Assembly: GCF_006345805.1 (NCBI RefSeq)
Contig: NW_021833771.1
Location: 1-55,457 of the forward strand
DNA: 55,457 nucleotides
Reading direction: 5' to 3'
Origin: Octopus sinensis
Lineage: Eukaryota
Position numbers and translations under genes: made by a program. The notes beneath the pieces were generated by a model. It did no database searches. It was not told the origin of the DNA and saw only the letters and a list, made by a program, of their open reading frames with translations. Within the stretch, counting starts at the first letter, position 1, and each line of letters opens with the position of its first letter. Below are positions 26,672 through 39,176 of this stretch, piece by piece.

Positions 26672-27060
26672 GGAAGCACTCCGTCGGTTACGACGATGAG
26701 GGTCCCGGTTGATCCGAATCAACGGAGCAGCCTGCTCGTGAAATTAACGTGTAAGTGGCTGAGCACTCCACAGACACGTGCACCCTTAACGTAGTTCTCA
26801 GGGATATTCAGCGTGATACAGAGAGTGACAAGGCCGGCCCCTTGAAATACAGGTACAACAGAAACAGGAAGTAAGAGTGGAGTGAGAGAAAGTTGAGGCG
26901 AAAGAGTACAACAGGGGTCGCCACCACCCCCTGTCGGAGCCTCGTGGAGCTTTAGATGTTTTCGCTCAATAAACACTCACAACGCCCGGTCTGGCAATCG
27001 AAACCGCGATCCTCCGACCGCGAGTCCGCTGCCCTAACCACTGGGCCATTGTGCCTCCAC
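26672..27060 (-). mobile_element. SINE family C, full length
   Basis: Reverse complement of the 2949/49191 copies. Confidence 0.93.
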
Positions 27061-27489
27061 TACATGTATATACAGCATGCTTGGAAAGGAAATATCCTGA
27101 ATGACATCTGGGTATCAGAATGATATCAGTAGTCAAACAACTGTCCGAAAACAGTCATACTGACCACGTATACTCGTTGTCGGAATCTAGGACATGATAT
27201 TTCAGCTAAAATTTTTCCATCACATTTCTTACTTTCAGTGGTGCAAATGACTTAACCACTTTTCGTAGGCTGATGATATCCGCTGAGGTTGCAGCCTAGG
27301 GCCAAGAACCTCTTACGCCTTTCCCTTGATATGTCTGACAGAAAAATGAGATAGCTGACGTCTCATGTATGATGGCCTGCAAATTATCTATATGTACCTG
27401 GCGCAAAACGCATACGCACACACTTATATACAACGGCCCACACAGACACATGTAGGAGTACATACATACATATATATATACACACACAC

Positions 27490-27647
27490 ACACGACGGGC
27501 TACTTTCAGTTTCCGTCTACCAAGACCACTCACAAGGTTTTGGTCGGTCCGATGCTATAGTTGAAGACGCTTACCAAAGGTGCCACGGAGTGGTACTGAA
27601 CTTGGAACCATGAGGTTGGTAAGCAAGCTACTTACCCAACAGCAACT
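27490..27647 (-). mobile_element. SINE family A, 5' half, diverged
   Basis: CTTTCAGTTTCCGTCTACC..GGAACCATGAGGTTGGTAAGCAAGCTACTTACC. Confidence 0.85.
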
Positions 27648-27649
27648 AT

Positions 27650-27695
<46 letters not shown>

Positions 27696-27784
27696 ATTAT
27701 ATATATATATATACTCATTATCACTGTGGAAACCATGTAGGCAGTCAGTAAGAAGCTTTTGTTCGTCTTGAGGCCGATAGAGAT

Positions 27785-27881
27785 TCCTTTTATTTCCTGA
27801 TGAGAAGACGGCATAATGCATCCTTCATTCCTTCGGAATTAAGAGTATGCAGTCTTCGAAACATATGTCGAAAGTAAAGGA
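27785..27881 (+). ncRNA. Type I hammerhead ribozyme motif with intact catalytic core
   Basis: Stem I TCCTTTTATTTC/GAAAGTAAAGGA (10/12 paired); CTGATGA at 27797-27803; stem II GAAGAC-G-GCATA/TATGC-A-GTCTTC; GAAA at 27858-27861; palindromic stem III ACATATGT; GTC cleavage triplet ending at 27869. Confidence 0.8.
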
Positions 27882-27917
27882 CTTTAGTTAAAATCTTCGT
27901 TCGTCTTAGCTATTCAT

Positions 27918-28100
27918 TGTCCCCCTAGCATTGCTTGACAACCGATGCTAGTGTGTTTACGCCCCCGTCACTTAGCGGTTCGGCAAAAAGAGACCGACAG
28001 AATAAGTGCTGGGCTTACAAAGAATAAGTCCCGGGGTCGATTTGCTCGACTAAAGGCGGTGCTCCAGCATGGCCGCAGTCAAATGACTGAAAAGAGTGAG
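27918..28100 (+). mobile_element. SINE family A, 3' half
   Basis: CCCCTAGCATTGCTTGACAACCGATGC..GGCGGTGCTCCAGCATGGCCGCAGTC. Confidence 0.9.
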
Positions 28101-29626
28101 AGAGTATATGCGATATATATGTCTCTCTGTATACTGACACGAACATCATTCATGCACACAAACATACATACCTACACAAACTCACTCATTATATATATAA
28201 ATGTATGTGTGTGTGCGTATGTGTGTGTGTGTGTGTGTGTGTGTGAGTAATAGGCGTAAAGATAGACAAATATATGCAGACACTGACTCTCTCTCTTCAC
28301 TCGCATTTATATTCTCACTATCTCTAACACACACACACGCATACACAGAAAACACACATAAGCACATAATCTCACAATACAGTGCAATGCGGATATCATT
28401 TAAACGTATCTAAGTACAGCAGAGTTACGTCCCTTCATGCCAACCAATATTACACAATAACGCTACCGATATACATTCCTAAAAACAAACGCTAAATGAG
28501 CAACGAGACACAGAACGTTTTACACCTTTACTCGGTTATAGGAAACCATAGAATGGCTTGAGGCGTCAACAATTAACAGAAGTAGATTCTGTACTACATT
28601 TGCTCTGTTGGATATTTTTAGCGACGCAATAATAAATATATCACGCACACAAGCATGCGATCCCAGGCAAACATACACTCTTCTAGCAGAAATAGATGTT
28701 TAAATAGATATCGTTTTATATGATTGCTTCTGCATCTATTTCTTGCACTTTATCTCGCTCTCTATTTTACTCCTTCTGTCAGGTTTTTTTCCATCCCTGC
28801 GCCTTCCCTTCTACGTGGGTGTGTGTATTTGTGTATACGTTTGTGGAAAATTGTAATATGCAAATATATAGGTATGTGTGCCAGTCTGTGTCTGTATGTG
28901 TGTGTGTGCTTATATGTATAGACATACACAAAATATAAACAACCATATACACAAACACATACACACACAAACAAACATTTACGCATGAACCTGCAGAGAG
29001 AACAAGAGAGGAATAAGAACTGATATATATATATATTATAACCACTTATATATCATATATGTACACACAAACACAGACACACACACACTCATACACATAC
29101 ATAATATACATACATATATACATACATACATCCGTGCTTACATATTTACATACATACGTCTGTGCATACGTATTTATGCATTAGGTGTGGGCAATTTTTA
29201 ATGCGTCTATTTCTCTAAAATTCTTTTTGAGTACACACGCACACATATGAGAAAGGGAAGAGTGATGGCTAGAGTGAATGAGTGAGTGACAGAGAGAGAG
29301 AGAGAGAGAAATAGACTGACTGATAGGTCGATAGATAGATCGATTGATAGATAAATAGATAGATCGACAGATAGATAGATAGATAGATAATTGGATGGAT
29401 GGATGGATAGATGGGTGGATGGATAGATAGATAGATAGATGGGTGGATGAATAGATAGATGGGTAGATGGATAGATAGATAGATAGGGGGATGGATGGAT
29501 GGATGGATGAATCGATCAATATATAAATAGATACATACATACTTATATACATGCATACATACATACAGTATGTATGTATGTGTATATACATACATACATA
29601 GATACAGCATGAGTGTGTATATATAT

Positions 29627-29709
29627 CTGCCTCTCAACTCGTTTGAGGTCAGTGCGCACTTGAAGCCCTACAAATAATTGCGGGCGCACCATATACAAAT
29701 TTCTAAGCT
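29627..29709. mobile_element. Isolated terminus of the hAT element that begins at 31901
   Basis: CTCAACTCGTTTGAGGTCAG..CCCTACAAATAAT..GGGCGCA..CATATACAAATTTCTAAGC matches 31901-31965 joined to 32333-32351. Confidence 0.8.
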
Positions 29710-30309
29710 CATACATACATACGTAGTTCAAAGACGAATGTATTGGGCATAATATCCAGTAATATGAGCCAAAGCAGTGAATTACGTGAGCCCCAATGAC
29801 ATCACCATGGAAATATCTATAATTTCAGTCACATTTTAATCGCCTTCAATGGGCCTATCCCTTTAGATTTCAGGGGTTTTTTCTGTCTTTGTATAATTTC
29901 CATTTCATTTTCTGTTTTTATACAAATACTTCTGTTTTACCGATATCAATTCTATTGAGTTCACATTCTGTGCTGACATTCCTGTCTTCAGCCGTTCTTA
30001 TCACGGGTAAGAAAGGGGGAAAAAATGTGTTGTTTTGGATATTTCTTCCTTTCTAACTTTCTAAATTATCCTAACGTTATATTTTCCTTTATTTCTTTAT
30101 CGTCGTTTCCAAAACGGACATTTTCTCTTTTGGTAATTAATACGTTGAATCTGCAATAGATGACATGCCCAAGCACGTCCATACACACACACGCGCGCAC
30201 ACGAGAGCGAGCGCGTGAGCACTGATTCACCTCATTCACACGCACATCATGATCCACGCCTTCACTACCCACATATTTATATACATGTATGTATATACTT
30301 ATATGATCA

Positions 30310-30640
30310 TATGTGTGTGTGTGCGTAAATATATATATATATATATATATACATACTTATAAATACATATATATATATAAACACATATATATATATACAT
30401 ATATATAAACATATATATAAACACATATATAAACACATATATATAAACATATATATACATATATATAAACACATATATATAAACATATATATAAACACAT
30501 ATATAAACATATATATAAACACATATATATACACATATATATAAACACACATATATAAACACATATATATATACACATATATATAAACATATATATAAAC
30601 ATATATATATAAACATATATATATAAACACATATATATAA

Positions 30641-30682
<42 letters not shown>

Positions 30683-30900
30683 GCATACATACATATCTAT
30701 CTACACACACATATATATATATGTATGTATGTATGTATATATGTGTGTATATATGTATATGTATGTATATATGTGTATATGTATGTATATATGTCTATAT
30801 ATATACATGCAAATAATTATATATATGTGTGAGTGTGTATGTTTGAATTTGTGTGTGTATGCGTGTGCGCGCGTGCTGTGTGCATGCGTGTATGCATATC
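30310..30900. repeat. (TA)n with AAAC/ACAC interruptions, then (TATG)n
   Basis: Read directly from the sequence. Confidence 0.95.
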
Positions 30901-31298
30901 CTTACACACGCGAACACGCACGGACATAGTCATCTATCTAAAGAGTCTTCCTCAATAAGTGCTATACTGGTCCAACCCTATATCTAAATAAAACAATGGC
31001 GAACGATTACTAAAGCATCTAATCAATGTCGGGGAGTTGATGAAAAAAATGTAATGTACAAAGTCTTTGCAAGTTAACGGATTAATGAAGTGGTGAAAAA
31101 TAGTTGGATGGGAAAGTAAAACATTTTGGATTACTTTATTTTATCTTGGGAAGATCATTCTCTTTTAGTGCCTTGTTAGTGCCTTCTAGTACCTTATTCA
31201 TATAACACACGCACTGGTCTGATTTCCACTCATTTATTTATCTGTTCTTACTAAAATTTCCGTTGGGTCTAGCAACCTTTTTAATAGTCGTTGACTCT

Positions 31299-31772
31299 GT
31301 CAGCATGAGCAGGGTCTGGAAGAGTAGAGACATCAGACTCGCTACCAAATGCAGATCGGTGAATGCAATTGTCTTCCCAATAGCAACATATGGATGTGAG
31401 ACCTGGACACTAAAGAAAGCTGACCAGAAGAGAATTAATGCATTCGAGCTTTGGTGTTGGAGAAGACTTTTACGGATTCTATGGACAGAGAGGCTCACCA
31501 ATGGAGAAGTTCTTAAGCAGATAACGCCGAAAATGTCGCTAGAAGCTAGGATCACCAAGCATAGATTGGTATATTTTGGTCATATTATGCGGAGAAAATT
31601 CCTGGCGAAGGACATCAGGCTGACCAAGAAACCGCTGGCTTGACACCATCAAGAGTGATACCGTAATGGACATAGCCAGTCTGAAAGAAGCGGCCCAGGA
31701 TAGAACTGGCTGGAGAACACTGATCCATCGAGTAACCGAGGGTCGACTTCGACTGAGCGGATAGAGAGAGAG
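31299..31772 (+). mobile_element. RTE-clade (BovB-like) LINE 3' fragment, copy 2, with a small internal deletion
   Basis: Near-identical to the 16253 copy; lacks about 30 bp after GACATCA. Confidence 0.92.
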
Positions 31773-31900
31773 ATTCTGTCTGTTATCGGAACTGCGTTTT
31801 TTGTGCGCATGCGTGTGCGTCAGTGTGCGTGCGCATACGGATATGTATGTATGTGTGTATATATGTGTATGCATGTGCGTGTGTGTGTGTGTATACATAT

Positions 31901-33490
31901 CAGTGGTTCTCAACTCGTTTGAGGTCAGGGTGCACTTAAACCCCCTACAAATAATCGTGGGCGCAGCATCCTCTTCTATCCTCTTTTACTTGTTTCAGTC
32001 ATTTGACTGTGGCCATGCTGGAGCATCGCCTTTTTGTCGAGCAAATCGACCCCAGGACTTATTCTTTGTAAGCCCAATACTTATTCTATCGGTCTCTTTT
32101 GCCGAACTGCTAAGTGACGGGGACGTAAACAAACCAGCATCGGTTGTCAAGCAATGCTAGGGGGACAAACCCATATACATATTGCTCTTTTACTCTTATT
32201 TGTTTCAGTCGTTTGACTGCGGCCATGCTGGAGCATCATCTTTTAGTCGAGCAAATCGACCCCAGGACTTATTCTTTGTAAGCCTAGTACTTATTCTATC
32301 GGTTTCTTTACCCGAACCGCTACGTTACAAAGCATATACAAATTTCTAAGCTTAGTAACATATAATAACACATACCTTAAGATTCTTCATTCTTGAGCTC
32401 ATGGGAAACATTCGCTCGATGTGTCTTGGCAATTTCTTCAATGTTCGGGCGAATGTTTGAAAGACAAACTCGCATTTCTTCATCAATGCGTGTAAGTGTT
32501 CCTCGCTTTTTGTACTTGATGGTAGAAAGAGTGGAAAATCCCAATTCACGAAGATATGAAGTTGAAAATTGCAGCAGAACTATAAGAGCTTTTTTAGAAA
32601 TCGAATCATATTCATCTTTTATAGAAATCCAGAAAGCTTCAAGTGACAATTTCTTGTATTTCATCATTAATCCACGGTCAGTAGTTGTAGCAGCGAGGTT
32701 TCTCTTCTTCTATCAATGTTAATTCGAAATCATTGGAAGTTTCCACGAATGGGTTTCTGATCCTGTCATATTGTTCAGTTTTCAGTGATAGGAAATACGA
32801 ACTCAATTTTAATTCTAAACGGGAGTGTTTCATTTATGCCTGTTTCGCTTAGACTTAAAGGAAACATTTCCAAATTCCCTTCGAAAGCTTTACGTTTCCA
32901 AATCTTTCATTTTGTCAGTGGACATTAGAAGGTTTTCTTCTTTCCCTTGCATGCTAGTATTTAAAATATCGAGCTGCTGAAATATATCTGCCAAAAACTA
33001 TAAACAGGCCATCCAAAATTCAGAACGAAGAAGGTCACAGAAATTAGATTGTTTCATTTCTTCAAAGAACACAAGAAGTTCGTGTACATGCGCAAGTACA
33101 TTTCTTCTTGACAGCCACCTTACTTCGCTATGTAAAAGCAGCCGTTTGTATTGAGAATCCAAATCGTTACAAAACTGTTCGAATATACGAGATTTGACAG
33201 GTCTTGTTTCAATAAAGTTTCCCATCTGAACAACTTAACCTAAAACTTATTTTAGTTCTTCCCCTAATGTTTTTGCCATCATGGCCTCTCTATGAAGAAA
33301 GCAGGGAGTAACGATAGCATCCTTATTTTGTTTTCTTTTGTTTGTTTTTTTTGTTTGTTTGTTTTTTATAAAAGCTGTGAGACCCTTAACACAGTCTACC
33401 GTGGAAGGGGCTCCATCTATACAAATACCCACACATGATTTCCATGATAACTGCCATTTATCAAAGCATGTATTCAGAAAAAAAGAAACT
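31901..33490 (-). mobile_element. Decayed Buster/Charlie-type hAT (FAM200/SCAND3-like transposase fragments), one terminus retained
   Basis: Terminus CAGTGGTTCTCAAC; minus-strand peptides [61 protein letters not shown]. Confidence 0.88.
31970..32330 (-). mobile_element. Two tandem SINE family A 3' halves nested in the hAT terminus
   Basis: Two copies of CTTTTACTTGTTTCAGTC..GCAAATCGACCCCAGGACTTATTC; AGCAT at 31965-31969 and 32331-32335. Confidence 0.85.
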
Positions 33491-34574
33491 GATTAATTGA
33501 GTGAAAGAGCTGAGAGCCACTTCTACTAACCACGCTCTCGTATGGTTAATGGAAGTGAGAGTGGAAGAGGACAAGAAAGAGGAATGTTAACGACGTTGAA
33601 GAGGAGCGTTACATGGTTAAAATGTTTGTTGAAGTAAAAGGTAGAGTGACAAAAATGCGACAGAGAGAGAGAGAGAGAGAGCAGTTTTGGTCAAACCGGG
33701 GCTATGGCAGAAGACACTTGCCAACAGTGACACGCTGTGAGACTGAACCCGGAACCATGTCGTTGGCAAGCAACTTTTTAGTATACAGAGTCAAGATCCA
33801 CGACTTACGAAACCAATGTTCCATGAGGAATTACGGCATGGCGAACGCAATGCCCCAGACCTAAGTTATCAAAACGCCTGGAAACTGGAGCTTAGAAAGA
33901 GCCATATTTCTTTGGCTGATAGTAAACACCTCAGAGAAATTAGTGATTTTAAACATGGGTGGATTTGCTTGTTCTGTTTAACTGTTAATTTTACAAATAC
34001 AAGACAATGTTTTCAAAGTTAAGAACTAGATAATAAGCGATATACAGCCGCCGGTTATAGCAGCTTAGTTTTAAGATAATTTTAGTTGTTAAGAATTGTC
34101 CATGATTAACAATTTCCATTTAGACAGATAAGTCTGCAAGCATTAATTTTTCTCCATGTATTCACAGCTAAATATATAATTATAAACATGTCTTGGTAAT
34201 GGTGATACAACAGCTTATGTTTTATTAAAAAAACCGAAGTTAGATTACAGATTCGCAGCAAAAGTGATTTGGAATTATCCACAGTAGAATAAAAATCAGC
34301 TTATATTTGCTTAAACTGGTTAAGATTACGGGCTTAATAAAATACTAAGTAAGCCAACATTTTCTGTTGAATGTGTTATATAATCACCTCTTAATAAAAA
34401 GGGGGATAATCAACACACTTAATACTTTGCTAATGGTTGTGTATGTGTGTGCATGTCTGTAGATGCGTGAATATATATATATATTATATATATACACAAG
34501 CACGCTTACACACATGTGCACACAGATTTTGATAAACCAAAACAGATGGCAATAAAAAACAATTAGATAAGTGC

Positions 34575-34900
34575 AGGGATGGCTGTGTGGTATCAAGTTT
34601 GCTTTCAACCGCATGGTTCCGGTTTCAGTTCCACGGCGTGGCATCTTAGGCAGGTGTTTTCTGCTATAGCACTGGGCCGACTAAAGACTTGTGAGTACAT
34701 TTAATAGATGGAAACTGAAAGAATCCCGTGGGGTGCGTTTTGGACAACCGGTGTTGGTGGGTATACGTTCCTGTATTTTAGCAGTTTGGCCAAAGAAAAC
34801 CGATAGGATAAGTACCACGATAACAAGATTAAGTGCTGGGGTCAATTCTTATGACAAAAATTTCTTTAAGGCAGCGACCCTGCAAAACTGGAGTCTAATG
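34575..34900 (+). mobile_element. SINE family A, old degenerate copy
   Basis: GGATGGCTGTGTGG..CATGGTTCCGGTTTCAGTTCC..GGAAACTGAAAGAA. Confidence 0.75.
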
Positions 34901-35629
34901 ACTTTTAAAATTTCAAAGAAATAACAATATAGAACGATGTTTATACGTTGTTTAACTATATTTACCATGCAACTATTGCTTGAAGAAAAGTATCTGAGTA
35001 TATGTGTCTCATTTACCTCTCGTTCTGTCTATTTATATGTGTGTGAGTGTTTAAATGTATATGTATGTAAGTGTGTGTTTAAGTGTTAACGTTTGCATGT
35101 ATAAATAAGCTAATTTTCACGTACGCTAGTTTGGTTTTTGACAGATCTCAACAATTTCGGTTTGGAAATTATACCATGTTATCTAGAATGTTATCTAGAA
35201 TTTCCCCGATGCAATTTCAGTCGAAGAGCAGAAATCTAATGTTGACAATTTAAAAACGCGTTCTTTTCGTTTTCTTTGCCCGAAGCTATATTTGAATTGA
35301 AGTGTTACCTACTGAGCTGTACTTATTCATATTCAAATAGTTAGTGTAGTTATTATTGCTTTATTTGCTGCAAATAAACGCTCATCATAAACAGTGAATG
35401 TGTCAAAGCGTTTAGACTTGATACAATATTTAATCATTTTAAAGTGAATTTGTACGATACCAAAATGGATCTCCGTCGATCTCGATGATGATTAGTTGTA
35501 CGATCAACTGAAATCCATGCTTATAGAATTAACGTATTAGTCAGGGGATGAGGTCATTGCGAACCACATGTTAACCCTTAAGGTAATTATCCGGCAGAAT
35601 CAGAATGATAGTGAGTTGGAATTGCAGTT

Positions 35630-35679
35630 ATAGCCTGCCTGTGAGTGGATTTCGCAGACGGACACTGAAGGAAGCACGT

Positions 35680-35716
<37 letters not shown>

Positions 35717-35942
35717 CTGAGTGTGTGTGTAAGTATGCATGTATGCATGTATTTATGTATGTATTTGTGTGTCTCCTACCTTCACTTGATGTGTGTTTAC
35801 GTCCACGCAACTTAGCGGTTTGGCAAGACAGACCGATAGTATAAGTACTAAGGATTAGTCCTGGGGTCGATGTATTCGACTAAAGGAGGTGTTCCAGCAT
35901 GTTCGCAGTCAAATGACTGAAACAAATGAAAGAATAAAAGAA
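35630..35942 (+). mobile_element. SINE family A, degenerate and headless
   Basis: GTGAGTGGATTT..CTGAAGGAAGC..microsatellite..CAGTCAAATGACTGAAACAA. Confidence 0.75.
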
Positions 35943-35977
35943 TATATATATATGTGTGTGTGTGTGTGTATCTATAA

Positions 35978-36023
<46 letters not shown>

Positions 36024-36919
36024 CTATAAATATATATATGTGTGTGTGTGTATATCTATAAACATATATATTCTTTTATTCGTTATATATGTATATATAT
36101 ATATATATATATAAGATAAACTTACTTCGAAATAGATGCGTGGCGTTCAGAGAGAGGGAGAGATGAAGGGGAGAAAGAGAGTGTTGGATAGATTGATGGG
36201 TAGATATGTGAGTAGGCAGATAGATATCGACGGTGTGGCATTGCCCTCACCACCTTGAACCAGTAAACTAGAAATAGAGAAATTGTGTTTATTATATGCT
36301 GCAGAATAAACCAGGTCTGGTGAGACATATTGCCGCCACGTAAGGTCAGTAACTTATAAGAAAAGATAAAGAGTTTTTCATTGCCAAATTCTGTTATACT
36401 TACGTCCTTGCGCACTTGCATTCGTATGTGCGATAGAGACAGACAGACAGACAAATGGACCAACAGACAAACGGGAAGAATAAGGTTGAGGGAGGGAATG
36501 CGGTTTGTTTTATGATTGTGTGTGTTTGCGTACAAGCTTGATGTTCAAATATAAAATGCATGTATGTAGTTATGTATGTCTCTGTCGAACAGTCTATTCG
36601 TTGTATTCAAATATTTTTGATTAGAATTTTATTTTTCTGAACCTTATCTTAAATATCTTGACTTCTGCGAAGGATAAAGTATATTTACTCGCTTTCAGGT
36701 TAAAATGTCTAATAAAAGAAGTGGTGGGGGAGGAAAAAAGCGAGAGTTTTGTGGAAAATTACTGACAGAAAAGAACTCCATGCTTCATTCTTTACATATA
36801 TTAAGTTATATTTATAGTTTTAAAGATAACCTTTAATGTGTGTGTGTTAGGGGGGGTGCATTATACAATACGTCTGCGTGAGGGAGAGAGATGTGTGTAT
36901 ATATAATATATTTGTGTGT

Positions 36920-36966
36920 GTGTGTGTACATACAAATATCTATCTATATATATGTGTACATACAAA

Positions 36967-37003
<37 letters not shown>

Positions 37004-37114
37004 TATACATATGTGTATATATATATATATATATGTACATACAATATCTATCTACCCATCTATATAATATATATATATATTATATATATGTACATACAAA
37101 TATCTATCTACCCA

Positions 37115-37160
<46 letters not shown>

Positions 37161-37236
37161 TACAATATCTATCTACCCATCTATATATATATATATATAT
37201 AATATATATATGCACATACAAATATCTATTTACCCG

Positions 37237-37290
<54 letters not shown>

Positions 37291-37357
37291 TACAAATATC
37301 TATTTACCCGTCTGTATATATATATATATATATGCACATACAAATATCTATTTACCG

Positions 37358-37412
<55 letters not shown>
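36920..37412. repeat. Minisatellite of TG(T/C)ACATACAAATATCTAT(C/T)TACCC units separated by variable (TA)n
   Basis: About 8 units read directly. Confidence 0.9.
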
Positions 37413-37416
<4 letters not shown>

Positions 37417-37926
37417 CCTTTTGGGAGGTGGGTAAAAACCACCTACATATCAACATTCACTATATCTGTTTCCATCACGATAATTTTAAGATTCGATGAA
37501 AAAGAAGATTAACCATTTTAATGGTGAGTCTCGAAGTTGATATATCTCTAAATGATAATTTATAACACATTGGGTTTTTTTTCTTTTTAAATCCCTTGGG
37601 TGGAAATAAGGGGAATGTCATTGCGGGTTCCTGTCCCTTGAGGAAACTTCGACATTTATCTGTGTAAAAGTTTCTTTAACCCGAGATACTTCATGCTATT
37701 TTTATAGAACTACCATTTTTGAAATTCGCTCTTAAAATCCTTTATATCTTATACATACATACATACATACATAAATGATGGCTTCGACTACATTTCAGGC
37801 AATAGTATCTAAATATGAGCAGTGCAGATATGTCCAATCTTTCCTGGTGGTGCTCTACACTGTTTTGCATCGCTATGGTAACGACTGGTTCCTTATACAC
37901 TGCTGTTCAGAGACCTACAAAAAAAT

Positions 37927-38250
37927 GTGGTACTCCGTCGGTTACAACGATGAGTGTTCCAGTACATCCGATCAACGGAACAGCCTGCTCGTGAAATTAA
38001 CGTGCAAATGGCTGAGTACTCCACAGACATACCGACTCTTAATGTAGTTCTTTGAGAGTGTCAGTGTGGCACAGAATATAACAATGCTGGTCATTTGAAA
38101 TCCAGATACTCCTCATTTGTGTCTTCTGAATAGGCTAGGGCAACATGAGATAATATGTCTTGCCCAAGAACAGTACGCACCGTTGGGTATCGAACTCACG
38201 ATCATAGGGTCTTGAACCGAACATCCTAACCAGTAAGCCACACGCCTTCA
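37927..38250 (-). mobile_element. SINE with family C tail but a different tRNA/CORE-type head
   Basis: 37927-38100 matches the family C 3' part; minus-strand head GAAGGCGTGTGGCTTACTGGTTAGG..GAGTTCGATACCC..TCTTGGGCAAGAC. Confidence 0.7.
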
Positions 38251-38361
38251 TTAAGAGAACTACGACCCGTGTTCATGCAAGCCTTTATTCCATCATGGAA
38301 TTTTTCATGGAGTTAATTGTTTTTTTACTGCTGCAGAAGCCATTTTAAGCAGAACATATTA

Positions 38362-38607
38362 CATAGATTGGCATTTTTTGTCATATTAAGCGGAGAAAAT
38401 CCCTGGAGAAGGACATCATGCTCGGAATGGAGAGTGGCAAGAGAGGAAGAGGCCGACCAAGAAACCGCTGGCTTGACACCATCAGGAGTGATACCGGAAT
38501 GGACATAGCCAATCTGAAAGAAGCGGCCCAGGATAGAACTGACTGGAGAATACTGATCCATCGAGTAACCGAGAGTCGACTTCGACTGAGCGGATAGATA
38601 GATAGAT
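38362..38607 (+). mobile_element. RTE-clade (BovB-like) LINE 3' fragment, copy 3
   Basis: Matches the last ~240 bp of the 16253 copy and ends GAGCG-GATAGATAGATAGA. Confidence 0.9.
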
Positions 38608-39176
38608 TTCATTCGTTAAAATTCAAACGCTGCCTGTGTCTGAGGTGTTTCAAACTCTGAAAATGCTTTGCGTAGTGTCAACCCCTCTTCCTAAACTACA
38701 TATGCGTTTGTTCTAAAATCACTAGTCACCCATATTGGAAACAAACCATGTTACAAGTGTTACGTCAGAGTTTTCTTTCTCCTTGAGGGACGCCAAAAGA
38801 AGGATTAGAGTCTCTATCTCCTGCTTGGCAGTTGACTCTTCTAAAATCATACGTTGTTTGAAAATTTTTGTCATTCGTCCAATGTGTCCAAAAGAAACCC
38901 CCAAAAATTCTCCTTACCGAGCAGGGTCTGTTATGGTTGCAGATGTGAATCATGACAGTCCGTCAATGCAGCAGGTCCTATTAGTTACATGTAGCACACA
39001 CACATACACACTTTTACATGAAATTGTCATTGCAGTTAGATTATATATGAAAAATTAATTAGATTCTTGTAACTTTCTAATTTTCTCTCTAGACAACAAT
39101 CTAGTGGGAAAGGATTCGCATATCAATTCCAGTTCGTTTTATTGAATCGGAGTGGATAGAAACTAAAGTGTAAGAA

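Noticed and set aside
38722-39058. Overlapping 60-107 aa ORFs; also 5390-5590 and 40472-40824
   Set aside because: No recognisable domain or supporting splice sites; possibly old LINE debris.
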